In this document: positions 52,133 through 64,000 of the stretch, piece by piece
Position numbering within the stretch: position 1 is the first letter of the stretch
Layout of the letters: each line of letters starts with the position of its first letter
Position numbers and translations under genes: made by a program
NCBI RefSeq assembly: GCF_006345805.1
Contig: NC_043001.1
Span: 82,336,001-82,400,000 of the forward strand
Origin: Octopus sinensis
Lineage: Eukaryota
Direction of reading: 5' to 3'
Length of the DNA stretch: 64,000 bases
Notes under the pieces: generated by a model
Database searches by the model: none
What the model was told of the DNA's origin: nothing
Seen by the model: only the letters and a program-made list of their open reading frames with translations

Positions 52133-53064
52133 CAGACACATACAAATATATATATGTTGTCTGTACGTATGTGTATGCATGTCTTTGTAACCATCGGAGT
52201 AAGTGTACAGCGACATGCATACATCATTGAGTAAATATCTGTGTGTGGTTGTTTGTGAATGTATATGTATATCCATGGGGAAGGTGCCTGAGAAGTCTAC
52301 CCACTCACCTTCCCTGGAATAGTGAACGGAGAAGATGGATGGATGGATGTACGGATGGTAGCAGTACGCATATCCTATATTTTTTTTTTAAAGGAAGGCT
52401 ATTTCACTGCATATGCTTAATCTTTTGACCAGCTTTCTGCCTTGCCTCTCTACAGGCATTCAACTCTTTGATGGAATCGCAGGGATTTTATAAACTCTTT
52501 GATGGAATCTTTATATAGAGCGTGTTTTCGACACGTGATGACCTGGTAGAGCCATTCTTCTCTAGGTCAGACTAAATTTGACGTCTTCCAAAAAAGAAAG
52601 ACAGACAGTCAAAAAGTTACAGAGAATGAGAAAATAGAAGAATCAAACTCAGTACTTAACTGGGACTTCATTTATCGACCGCGAAATGTTGAAAGTCATA
52701 GTTGACCATGGCATGATTTGAACTCAGTGCGTATAGAATGTATGATCAAAACCAATATCTTCCGAAAAGAGAGACAGATAGAAAAAAGGGAGTGAGAAAA
52801 ATAGAAGAATCAACTTCAGTGAAGGACTGGTACTTTATTTTATTGACTCCGAAAAAATGAAAAAGAAGTTGATCATGGTGGGATTTGAAATCTGCACATA
52901 CAGAGCAGAACAAAATCGCAGAGCAATTTATCATGAGCACTATCGATTTTCCGTAGTCATAGCACCACCAAAAGCTCCACTCTGTTATATGTATTCGGGG
53001 TTGATCTCTGGTCAAAGGATAACTTCCCCTCATCAATTCCGTAGACCTTACCTTCTTTGATTAA

Positions 53065-53186
53065 ACCGCGTGACTGTGAAGTTAAGAGGCTTGCTTCACA
53101 GCCATGCGTGTGGTCTTAGGTTAAGCCACTCTGCATGTCAGCTTGCGAATAGATTTCGTAGACAGACTGAAAGAAGCCCGTTGCAT

Positions 53187-53229
<43 letters not shown>

Positions 53230-53450
53230 CACATATATGAGTGTGCGTGTGTTTTTGTGTTTGTGTGTGTAACCTACCACTAATTGATAATCGGTGTTGG
53301 TTTGTTTACATCCTCGTAACACGGCGGTCCGTCACAAGAATTCGACAGAATTATCAAGCTTAAATATAAGTACTGGGAGTCGACTTGCTCGACGAAATTC
53401 TTCAAGGCGGTGCTCCAGCATGACCGCAGATCGAGTAAAAGATTAAAGAC
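53065..53450 (+). mobile_element. SINE family A, diverged
   Basis: Colinear with family A. Confidence 0.75.
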
Positions 53451-55848
53451 AAAACCAAAAAAAAAAAGCATTAAAAACGGGGAAACAGAAATAAGAATGG
53501 ACCTAGCAATCACAACAAATGATAAATAAATATTGATTTGTCTTGATTAGGTTTGATACTGAAAGAGAGAACAAGCACATTCAATTGAATCAACTCCTAC
53601 AGACATTACGATATTTTACGTGCTGGATTTGTTCACTCGGGAAAGATGAAAGATAAGAGAAATCCTTGTTGGGTTTTGATGACTAATAAAATATTTAAAT
53701 GGCTACGGTAAAACACGCAGGCTGTATACTGCCCTAATTTTCTTCCGCCCAATAAATAGTAACTAAATATCCTTCATTTCGTTCATAATCACCAGACTGG
53801 CTCGACGTCAAAAAAAAAAAAAAAAACTAAACACATCTAACAACAATTTGTTAGAAGACTGGCTGTAGTTTGTGTCAGCAAACAAACAGTTGATAAAGTT
53901 TACAAAATCCTACTATATAATTCATAATGAATTAAAAGCAGCGCTAGAGTTGTAAACATTATCGACCGCATATACTTAGTATATGTTTTATTTGTTCGCG
54001 GTTCACTGCCTTATAGCATTTGGGGTTCGACTCCATAATAATGCTGGGAGTTAAACACCTGAAGGTCATTGACAGGCGACGCCGTGGCATACCACCAAAT
54101 AGTTCTTACTCTATTTGTATATAGTCAGAGATGGGCGATTCGATTCGTACTCTGTTTGATTGAGGTACGTGATGTTGATAAGTCACAATTTGGCAAAATA
54201 TCAGTATTCATCACTCCTGAATTTGCCTTCTTTCCTGTCTAAGACTTTCATGTGTTTTAATGTTCAGCATTATGTGGGAGTTATCTCTCAAGTGCTACTC
54301 ACAGCGAACCGGTGAATAAACAAGATTCATACATTGAGTATGTGCGGTCGATAATGCATACCTTTAATATATATATAATATATATGTATATATCTATATA
54401 CATATACATACATATGTATCTATTATGTATGCATGCATGTATGTATGTATGTATGTATGTATGTATGTATGTATGTATGTATGTATGTATGTATGTATGT
54501 ATGTTTTATAATGTTCTGCCAGCCCCCCATGAATTATGTTTATGAGGCATTAGTATGCATTAGCAAGTAATCTACAGGCTGATTTCTATAAAGAAGAACC
54601 TGTGCTTGTGTCAGACTCATCGGTCTGTTGAGTTGGTTTTGACTGAAATATCTCAAAGTCTCCTTACTCTGGTGAATCACGTGTATTATGAACCTATATC
54701 GTCTATAGAAAGATGTTCTCAGATGACGAAAACAACAGAGATCAGTATATTCACCTCCGAAACAACCAGAAAGTGTTGATAATGAATGGAAACATTATGG
54801 TTTCGATTCTCACTGTTCTGCTTGTACCCCCGTGAATTATTATTTGTCTGGTAGACATCAGCATGCATCAACAAATAATTTGTTTGTTAATTTCTATAAA
54901 CAAGCCCTCGTGGTCTTCTTAGGGCCGTCAGTCTTGTGGAGTGGCTTTGACTGAGAAGACACGCAATAAGGTCGGAACACTGCATTAACTCAAAGATCCC
55001 TTATTCCGGTGTATCATAGTTGTTAACATAGAATGTCTTAAGACAGGATGTGTTTTCCATTGATGTAAATAACAACGGTCTGCCAACGAATCTGCCAAAA
55101 CATATTGAGCATAAATAAATACGCTATTATTTGAATTTTCGCTGTCTACATGCACCTCATGAATTATTACTTATGAAAAGAAGGAGTGTGTAAATTTTTA
55201 GGAAATGACTTCCTCAGTGGAGTTAGAGGAAAGGGATTTGTATTTCATTATTTCCTTACTGTTAGGCCGGAAGGAAAGTAAAAACCCAGGTCATTTGAGA
55301 GTCACTCTGACCCAGGTAAGATGGTTCTAACTTAACTTCAACATGAATACCACAAAATACAAAGAGAAAAAAATATATAATCAGGAAAAGTATCATAACA
55401 ATAGAGGAAGAGCTAGGATTGGACGAAAGATTTCGTACAGGGTCTACAAGAAATAGTGAGGGTGATAAGAGGAAAATAAATGGCTGGAATTAGGGGGCAA
55501 GAGAGAAGATGAATGAATTCCTATCACCACATTTCCATAAAAATATGCAACAGCAATAAAAAGAAAGCAAACAGGTTCGCCCTAATGAGTCAGAGTTGTC
55601 TCCTCTTCACAGCAGTATTTCTCATCGAATTGGCAATTTTTATGAGGTGCTCATGGTGCTTTTCGTTGCTTCTTTTTATTCATGGTTGTCTGAAGTTGTA
55701 ACAGTGAGCAGTTATAGTCAGTCATATAATGTAATTAATGCTTAATTAGACATCGCAATCAAATTATTGCTCTTTATTGCTGCGGACGTAATGAAATGGC
55801 GGAATGCAAGAAATAGTATTTAATAAAAGAAAAAATAATGAATAAATT

Positions 55849-55902
<54 letters not shown>

Positions 55903-56763
55903 ATGATGATGATGATAATCATGTTGATGTCGACGATAATGATGTTGGCGATGATGATTAATAATAATAGCAATAATAGTATTTCTGTTATTTGCCACAT
56001 AGTTATAAATGTCAGAACACCACAAAGACAGTCAACAGTTTGTGTGGAGATGCACATAAAAGAGAAGAAAGGAAAAAGACGGTGAAACGTGATAAAATTA
56101 TGCCGAGTACACAAAATATGTCAAGTCATGAATGATGCTGTGTTCCTCATACTGAAGCGTCAGCTAAGGACAGTCAAAGAGACCCACGCATCCAGGATTA
56201 CTCTGACCACCAAATGCAAGAGCTCTCATCCAACTGCTGCACTCCTAACTAACAACGCATGCCTAGATTAGGTCCATCCACCCTAACCATTTTTCTCACA
56301 GACACACATCTTTCCACAAATTCACTGAGAAAGAGAGAAAGAGAGAGAGAGAGTGCACTTCCTTTTCTTCTCACCTGTCGAAGTGGAACATTAAAAAGTT
56401 GATATAGGCTTGACCGTAAGGGAATGTGTATTTCTTCAATCCTATCAGTCTCGTCCAGCACGCAATCTTTTTTCGCCATTTGACTAAGGAATACTGCCTA
56501 CCCTACATTCTAAAAAGTAGATGTTAGAATGTTCTTCGTGGCGGATTCGGCCAATAGACGTCTTCCTACATGTGATGACAGCTGTGCAATATAACAAACC
56601 AAGTCAGCAATGCTCGGACACTACGATGTGTGAGCAGCACAGTTTTGTCACTCTGTGCGCACATCGGGCTATACCGCTTGACAGTGTTGCAGTACCCGTA
56701 CAGTTTATTTCAGATGGGCGATAATGCAATAATAATAACAACAACAACAATAACAACAACAAC

Positions 56764-56831
<68 letters not shown>

Positions 56832-56832
56832 G

Positions 56833-57085
56833 TATCCTAGTAGTTATAGCTGCATTGGGAACTGCCCCTAAAGATCTGAACTGATGGATAGAGGAAATAG
56901 GCATAAAACCCAGTTTAGTACAGCTGCAGAAAACTGTTATTAGGGACAGCTAAGATACTTAGGAGGGTTCTTGACATCTAAGGTTACTTGCTGCAACCTG
57001 ATAGGAGGCTTCTTGGCATCTAAGGCAACTTGTAGCCCGATGTTAGGATTCTTTTCTTTGCCAACAGTCTAATCTGCTGAGTGTA
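56833..57085 (+). mobile_element. R4/Dong-clade (RLE) non-LTR element, 3' end
   Basis: LVVIAALGTAPKDLN*WIEEIGIKPSLVQLQKTVI/GTAKILRRVLDI; flanked by (AAT)n and (AGT)n. Confidence 0.75.
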
Positions 57086-57120
57086 TAATAATGGTAGTAG
57101 TAGTAGTAGTAGTAGTAGTA

Positions 57121-57159
<39 letters not shown>

Positions 57160-57174
57160 CAATAACAATAATAA

Positions 57175-57206
<32 letters not shown>

Positions 57207-57561
57207 TAATAATAATAATAATAACAATAATAATAATCCTTTGTACTATAACCATAAGATTTGAAATTTGAGGACCCAATACTTGACTGGTAACTATGTT
57301 GTCAACCCTGAAAGAATGAAACGCAAAGTCGACCGAGGTCGATTTTGACGTTTTTGAAGTTTTTTTTCTTTTTCATCATGATTGTCAGGTATTATGAATT
57401 CTTATGTTTTTCGGCTTCCTTGAAAATAGAAAACAATGCTTTGTGGCTATTTCTGGCTTAGATATTTCTGTACTCCTCTGGTGGTTATCTATAGTAGTAA
57501 TCTAGTTGTATAAGGCCTCTACCATCTTCAATTCGTTGTATACATAACATTTTTATGACAG

Positions 57562-57593
<32 letters not shown>

Positions 57594-57615
57594 TAATAAT
57601 AATAACAACAACAAC

Positions 57616-57706
<91 letters not shown>

Positions 57707-57708
<2 letters not shown>

Positions 57709-58294
57709 GCAAGGTCATGTGCTGTTTATCTTGATAAAATGCCCTGATGCAGTACCAGGCAGTGGCTCTCATGGCTTCTGTTCTTAACTGATTGGAAGTG
57801 TTATCATGTACATCGTTTTGTCTTGGTATAAAAGATGGGCTACAGCAAATATTCTGCTCAATACCACAGATTTGCTTGTCAGTTGTTTGACCATAACCAG
57901 TTGAGCATGTCCCTTAGTGGCTGACGATATGTGCATCTCTGATCACGAGCAGAAGTAGTGGGGGAGCATCATAGCCATGTGTTGAGAGGGATTCTTTGGG
58001 GTTTGAATAATTCACCTCTGGAAACATGGGTGTTTCGTTCAACGTCCTTAAACAACCCTTATTCAGGGACCTTTTGAGCGGGATGGGTTACTCGATCTGA
58101 AAAAAATTCTAACTGGGCTCCACCTGCAAGGTCATGTGCTGTTTATCTTGATATGAGATCACCATGTCGCGCACATATGGTTGTGATGCATGTGCCTGGT
58201 GTACCCTTATCAGACGGGTAGTCATGATGGGTATACTGGGCTTCGTATATTTTACCCCAGTGTCACTTTGATGGCATGCTCTGCTCGCTCACTC
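57707..58294 (+). mobile_element. Probable non-autonomous element inserted in (AAT)n
   Basis: Complex non-coding segment bounded by (AAT)n on both sides, with a 30-bp direct repeat at 57707 and 58124. Confidence 0.55.
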
Positions 58295-58367
58295 AATAAT
58301 AATAATAATAATAACAATAATAATAATAATAATAATAATAATTATTATTATTATTATTATTATAATT

Positions 58368-59210
58368 ATAGACGTCGCAGAGTATATAATATCGTGAGGT
58401 TGTTGATTGAAGATGTTGTGTCTACCGGGGGGTTGTCAAGTAACACCAAGGACCTCAGACAGACAGTACTTTACGCAATATGCGTGCAGTTCCAATTAAT
58501 GTTGACTTTTGCAATACATCTTGATTATAGGGTTTTATAAGGTTTTCAGATGTTTTTTGCAATACATCTTGATTATAGGTTTTATAAGGTTTTCAGATGT
58601 TTTTTTCAGATTGGTTGTTATTGAACCCAATGCTCCGATGATCATAGGGATAACCTTTATGTTCGACTCTCGTAGCTGCCACATCTTAGCGATCTCAGTT
58701 CTCAGGTCTCCATATTTATCAACTTTTTCTTTCATGACGTTATGTTGATCTCCTGGCACTGTCACGTCGATTATTCTTGTTTGTCCCTCCCAAAGGTTAC
58801 TATATACGGCTTTCGGTGCTCTAACACTTTGTCTGTCTGGAAATCAAAGTCCCAGACGATTTTTGCCTTCCCCTTTTCGTCCATTACCTTTTCCGGTATA
58901 TGTTGGTACCAAGCATCCGTAACCTCATATCCATACTTACAGCACAGTAGCCAGTAGAGGTTTTGGGATCCTTTGTCGGGTCTTCGCTTGTACTCTTTCT
59001 GCACAAGACTTTCACAAGCACCAGCAATGTGTGTCACACTTTCGACCCTCTTCCCACACATTCTACAGGGGTCCGATCACTTGTGTGGTATATATTCTTT
59101 TCCACTGAGTTGGTATTCAATGCCTGGTCCTGGGACGCGATGATAAGGCTTTCAGTATTTTTATTTAGGTCACAATTGTTGAGCCACTTCCATGATGCAT
59201 CCTGGTTTTC
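58368..59210 (-). mobile_element. R4/Dong-clade non-LTR element, 3' fragment (CCHC knuckle and restriction-like endonuclease)
   Basis: CGKRVESVTHIAGAC...YKRRPD...WDFDFQTDKVLEHRKPYIV and EKVDKYGDL...IPMIIGALG; (TAA)n on both flanks; ~47-bp tandem duplication at 58507-58599. Confidence 0.9.
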
Positions 59211-59294
59211 TATTATTATTATTAATATTATTATTATTATTATTATTATTATTATGGCAGGATCCTTAGCACGCTCCAGAGAAAATGCTTAGTG

Positions 59295-59346
<52 letters not shown>

Positions 59347-59348
59347 AC

Positions 59349-59389
<41 letters not shown>

Positions 59390-59642
59390 GAAAAAAAATA
59401 TTATATACATTATATTATTTTTGTAATTTACTTCATCTTTACTTTTTAATTGTTATTTTGATTTTAACTTTTCTATTATATGTAATTTTCTAGATGGTGT
59501 AATTTATTTATTCATTTTGAATTGATAGAAGGTGGGGCGTTTTTTTTCAATTATTTTATATATATATTATATTGTGTGGAATTTGATTTAGTATTTCTAA
59601 ATTGAATTCTTTTTCCTTGAAAGTTTGGATTTTATTCCCTCA

Positions 59643-59678
<36 letters not shown>

Positions 59679-60441
59679 ATATATATATATACGTACATAC
59701 ATACGTATGGTATATATAGGACGCAGCGCGTTCCATTCAAACAGTTTCCTTCTACGAAATTCACTCACGAGCAGCGGTCAATGCAAAACCTCTGGCTGCA
59801 AAGCAAGTTTCTTTGCCACACAGCCATGCTCATTCAAGAACAAATTTCTTTGTAAAATTGTTGTAAAGCAGACATCATGTTGAGAATGGTAACCAGCCAG
59901 GCAGTAAAAGTGGCGAGGTGGAATTAAAGCAAGAAGTAGGAGTATCTACATAAGAAACTCTCCTTCCTAGTAGATCCCCTACCACTCTCTCGCTTTTCAA
60001 TAACAGTGCAGCCAACACCGCCACCGTCACTGCCACCACCGTGTCTGTTAATGTTATAACCGGTAGCAGTATCAACAACAATAATTGTAATTCCACCAAC
60101 ATCGTCACTAAGATCAGTAATAACGTGACAGCCATGCGACAGAAAACATCTGTCCAAATACGGCCACACTGACAAATGCCACCGGCACCACCATTACCAC
60201 TAGCAAGAAAAACAACAAAAACAACAACCACGGCTGTGACTATGGAAGCGGCATAGAGTAACAATCAGAATGGCGCTTCCGTCAGATGCGATCAGCATGA
60301 AACCGCTACAAACAGCTAACAGCCTGAACAACCAGCGTCAACCGTATCAGCAACATCAGCCGTAATAATAATAATGATTTCTTTTATATGGAGGGTAATA
60401 TCAGCACACAAAACAAAAAAAAACTAATAATAATAATAATG

Positions 60442-60515
<74 letters not shown>

Positions 60516-60595
60516 GGTAAGACGAAGAGCGCTCGTCGTCTACTCTGTGAAGAGTCACAACAGTCCTTTAAAAAAATTTAATAATAATAATAATG

Positions 60596-60668
<73 letters not shown>

Positions 60669-60669
60669 T

Positions 60670-60903
60670 GGCGAATTGGAGGACGGACCTGACAGCATAC
60701 AGAAGAAGTTTAGGGACAGTAGAAATTAAGAGTGGCATCATCCAAGGGAACTGCCTGTCCCCACTGATTTTTGGACTGTGCTTGATACCACTAACACTGA
60801 TTCTGAGGAAAGCAAAAGCTGGGTATGTATTCAAAAGCTGCTCAGAAAAAGTCAACTATTTGTTATTCATGGATGACCTCAAACTTTATGGTAAAGATGA
60901 AGC
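60670..60903 (+). mobile_element. R4/Dong-clade RT core fragment
   Basis: IKSGIIQGNCLSPLIFGLCLIPL...VNYLLFMDDLKLY (RT motifs B and C) directly after (AAT)n. Confidence 0.85.
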
Positions 60904-61934
60904 CCAAAGGTCGATGAAATAAGTACCATTTAAGCACTGGGGTCGATGTAATCGACTGGTCTCTTCCCCTAAAATTTCAGGCCTTGTGCCTATAATAGAA
61001 AGGATTATTATTATTATTATTGAAGTTAGTATTATTGTTGTTGGATCTTACTGTGTTTAGATGTGTTTTTTTAAAATTCTGTTGTACTATTTGGTTGTTG
61101 TGTTTTCCCATATATAAATTAGATTTCAGATTGTTTCTTCTATCTCGGTTCGAAATATTCTTCGTATTTTATTTATGTATTTTACGCTCTAAATTCTTTT
61201 TATTATATATTTTTTTCTTGTTCTTCTCAAGTAAAGCTAAAATAATTTTTCAACATAGCCACTATAGTGGTGAAAATGAAAACTTCTTTTCCTCTTTTAC
61301 TAACAGCGGTAGCTGTCTTCTTTCTTTGCAGGAGATGGGAATAGAAATTAGATCTAATTTCAATGCAAGCAACATTGCAAATAATTTAAGAAAAAAAATT
61401 TAACAGCGCACCTAAATATATATAAAATACTAGAAAAATATCACCATTTACAACATCAAACTAGAACAACAGTAAGAACTGTTGTTTGAACAACATTATT
61501 AAAGACAGAAAACTCCAGAGAGCCTATGGTCGGTAACTCAACCTGCTCGAAATAGCAGCCAAATCTTCAAATAGTACTTTTCTTAAATTTTTAAAAAAAT
61601 GGGGGACGGGTGCATTTGATAATGTTGTTCCAAACACTTCTAACAAAAAGGCGGGATGGTCAGAACTGGAATGTCTTTGTGCGCAGATCTGCTCAATGAT
61701 GGATGATTTCAGAATGAACAATTACCAGCAGCAGCACCACCACCACCACCACAACCACAACCGACAACAACAACAACAACAATAACAACTATAAAAACAA
61801 CAACAACATTGATGGGTAAAAGAAAAATGAAAAGAGTACGATTCACTCTTGCAATGATGGAGAATTATGACTGACCTCATTAACGGATAAGAAAGTAGGA
61901 CACACGCAACAATATATCAATAACAATAACCCTT

Positions 61935-62905
61935 TCTATTATAGGCACAAGGCCTGAAATTTGATGGAGGGGAACTAGTCGAATACATCAATCCTAGTAC
62001 CTAACCAGTACTTATTTTATCCACCCCGAAAAGATGAAAAGCGAGCTTCAAACGTAAAGTCGGAAGAAATGCCGCTAAAAATTCTGTCAGCTCGTTGCAT
62101 TTTTTAATAATAATAAAAATCATCCTTTCTACTGTAGGAATAAGGCCTGAAATTTTGGGAGATGGGATAGTCGATTACATCGACCCCAGTGTTTAACTGG
62201 TACTTATTTTATCGACCTCAAAAGAATGAAAGGCAAAGTCGACCTCGAAGCATTTGAACTCAGAACATAAAGACGGAAGAAATAACGCTGAGAAATGTGC
62301 CCGGCATGCTAACGATTCTGCCAGCTTGTTGCACTTTCTAATAGTAATAATAATCATTTCTGCCTTAGGCACAAGGCTTGAAATTTGAAGGAAGGGAGAT
62401 AATTGATGATATCGATCCTGATACTTATTTTATCCACCCGAAATGACGAAAGGCAAAGTCGACCTCGGGGAAATTTGAACTCCAGATGTAAAGCCAGAAG
62501 AAATACCGCTAACCATTTTGTCTGGCATGCCAACGATCCTGTCAGCTCGTTCCGCTTTTTGATAATAATAATAATAACCAGGTAAAAACCACGCTTAAAA
62601 GAAATACAGAAAACAACTCTGATGGGTACTGCACACATATTACGTAGAACCCTACACCTTAATATTCTGCCACTTTGCTGTCTTATCGTTTCACATTTTG
62701 ACTCAAGACCAGCGATTGTAAGGAAGGGGTAAGTCAATTATATCGACCCCCCAGACTTCAACTGGTACTTATTTTATAGACCCCCGAAAAGATTAAAGAT
62801 AAAATCGACCTCGATGGAATTTGAACTCAGATCCTAAAAAACCGAAAGAAATTCCGCTAAGCTTTTTATCCGACGCGCTACCGACTCTTCTAGCTTGCTG
62901 CAATG
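61935..62905 (-). mobile_element. Four tandemly arranged SINE family B copies
   Basis: Copies at ~61935, ~62115, ~62355 and ~62710, separated by (AAT)n spacers. Confidence 0.85.
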
Positions 62906-63660
62906 TGGTTATAGTGTCCGAGCATTTAGAATGTGCTATTCTCTTTGATACAGATGAAATTGGTTCGAAGACAGTAATATACGCTTAAAAGCTATCACAA
63001 TTGAAGTTAAGATGAACCGCACAGACAGCTGGGCAAGCATACAATACCACTTCTCCGATCCTTTTAGCGACAGAGAGGTTTTGGTCCATGTTGAGTAATT
63101 CTGTTTTCAACATTTTAGAGCTGTTAAATCTTTAGCTAATGAAGTTAATTGAAATATTTTATTTCTGTGTTTTTATTTTGATGAATGATTAACCTATAAA
63201 TATGTAACTTGGGGAAGTGTCTTCAAATACCATTCGCACCCTTTATACATTCAGTACGAGATGCTGGTTCATGGATGTGGAATAACTTCTTATAGGAATG
63301 TCCTCTATGCGTTTCGTTATAATAATTTCTTGTAGAAAGTATAAAACAACATTGGTAAGAAGATTCCTCAGCTGTCTGCTACAGTGATAGAAGTTCGTGG
63401 TTGCCATTTTCACAGCAAGAAGGTCTTGTTCATTTCATTATAAAGTACCTTTTGTTTTCCCTAGAACTACTCACCATTCTTAAAGTGGTGTCATTACTTG
63501 CAAGAGTAAGAAAGGAAGATAGATGATAGTAAAGTTCATTGGTCGTAGACACAGCTTTGGATTCTTGGCAATGACCACACACACATGCACACACACACAA
63601 CACACACACACACATACACACACATACATATGTATGCATACATATGTGCGTGTATGTATA

Positions 63661-63714
<54 letters not shown>

Positions 63715-63816
63715 GCATATACATATACAAATATATATGTATATACATATATATATATATATATACATATATATATGCATATACACATACATTGATATAT
63801 GTATGCATACATATAT

Positions 63817-63853
<37 letters not shown>

Positions 63854-64000
63854 ATATATATATATTGGTTTAACGGCATCTTTCTCGGTTGAATGATAAT
63901 GTCTTTGGTGAAGAGGAGAAATTAAGAAAACGCTTCTCTTCTTTCATTTCTATTGTGAAATACTGCTTAGAGACTTTCCATTTTATTAGCTTCATCTTAT

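Noticed and set aside
54020-54035. Perfect B-box ggttcgactcc suggesting a tRNA gene
   Set aside because: No A-box or cloverleaf. All other tRNA-like segments are SINE heads, so no tRNA gene is called.
56089-56479. Short complex-looking ORFs on both strands as host exons
   Set aside because: No recognisable domain and no convincing splice-site pair.

Overview
AT-rich animal non-coding DNA, most likely a cephalopod (Octopus-like). This is inferred from the microsatellite load and the tRNA-derived SINE families, not from a database match. I found no intact protein-coding gene, and nearly all listed ORFs are translations of microsatellites. The window is a mosaic of microsatellites, at least four tRNA-headed SINE families, LINE fragments (CR1/L2-like, RTE-like, R4/Dong-like), a 5'-truncated Penelope-like element (PLE), mariner remnants (one DD41D) and MITE/foldback elements, with a 100-N gap at 50545-50644. 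The most interesting signal is a set of type I hammerhead-ribozyme (HHR) motifs tied to Penelope-type mobility. (1) A ~360-bp tandem/inverted retrozyme-like array (15610-16943) carries a well-paired HHR with a compensatory U3:A8 core (UUGAAAA instead of CUGANGA). (2) The same UUGAAAA core occurs in the 3' end of the PLE (27892-27927). (3) A tRNA-headed SINE-like insertion (35216-35588) has an HHR tail, an inverted copy of its own 3' end and a 14-bp target-site duplication, so it is a candidate PLE-dependent SINE. (4) A canonical-core HHR-like motif lies next to the gap. All folds were derived by eye and need computational and biochemical confirmation. Coordinates of degenerate repeats are approximate.
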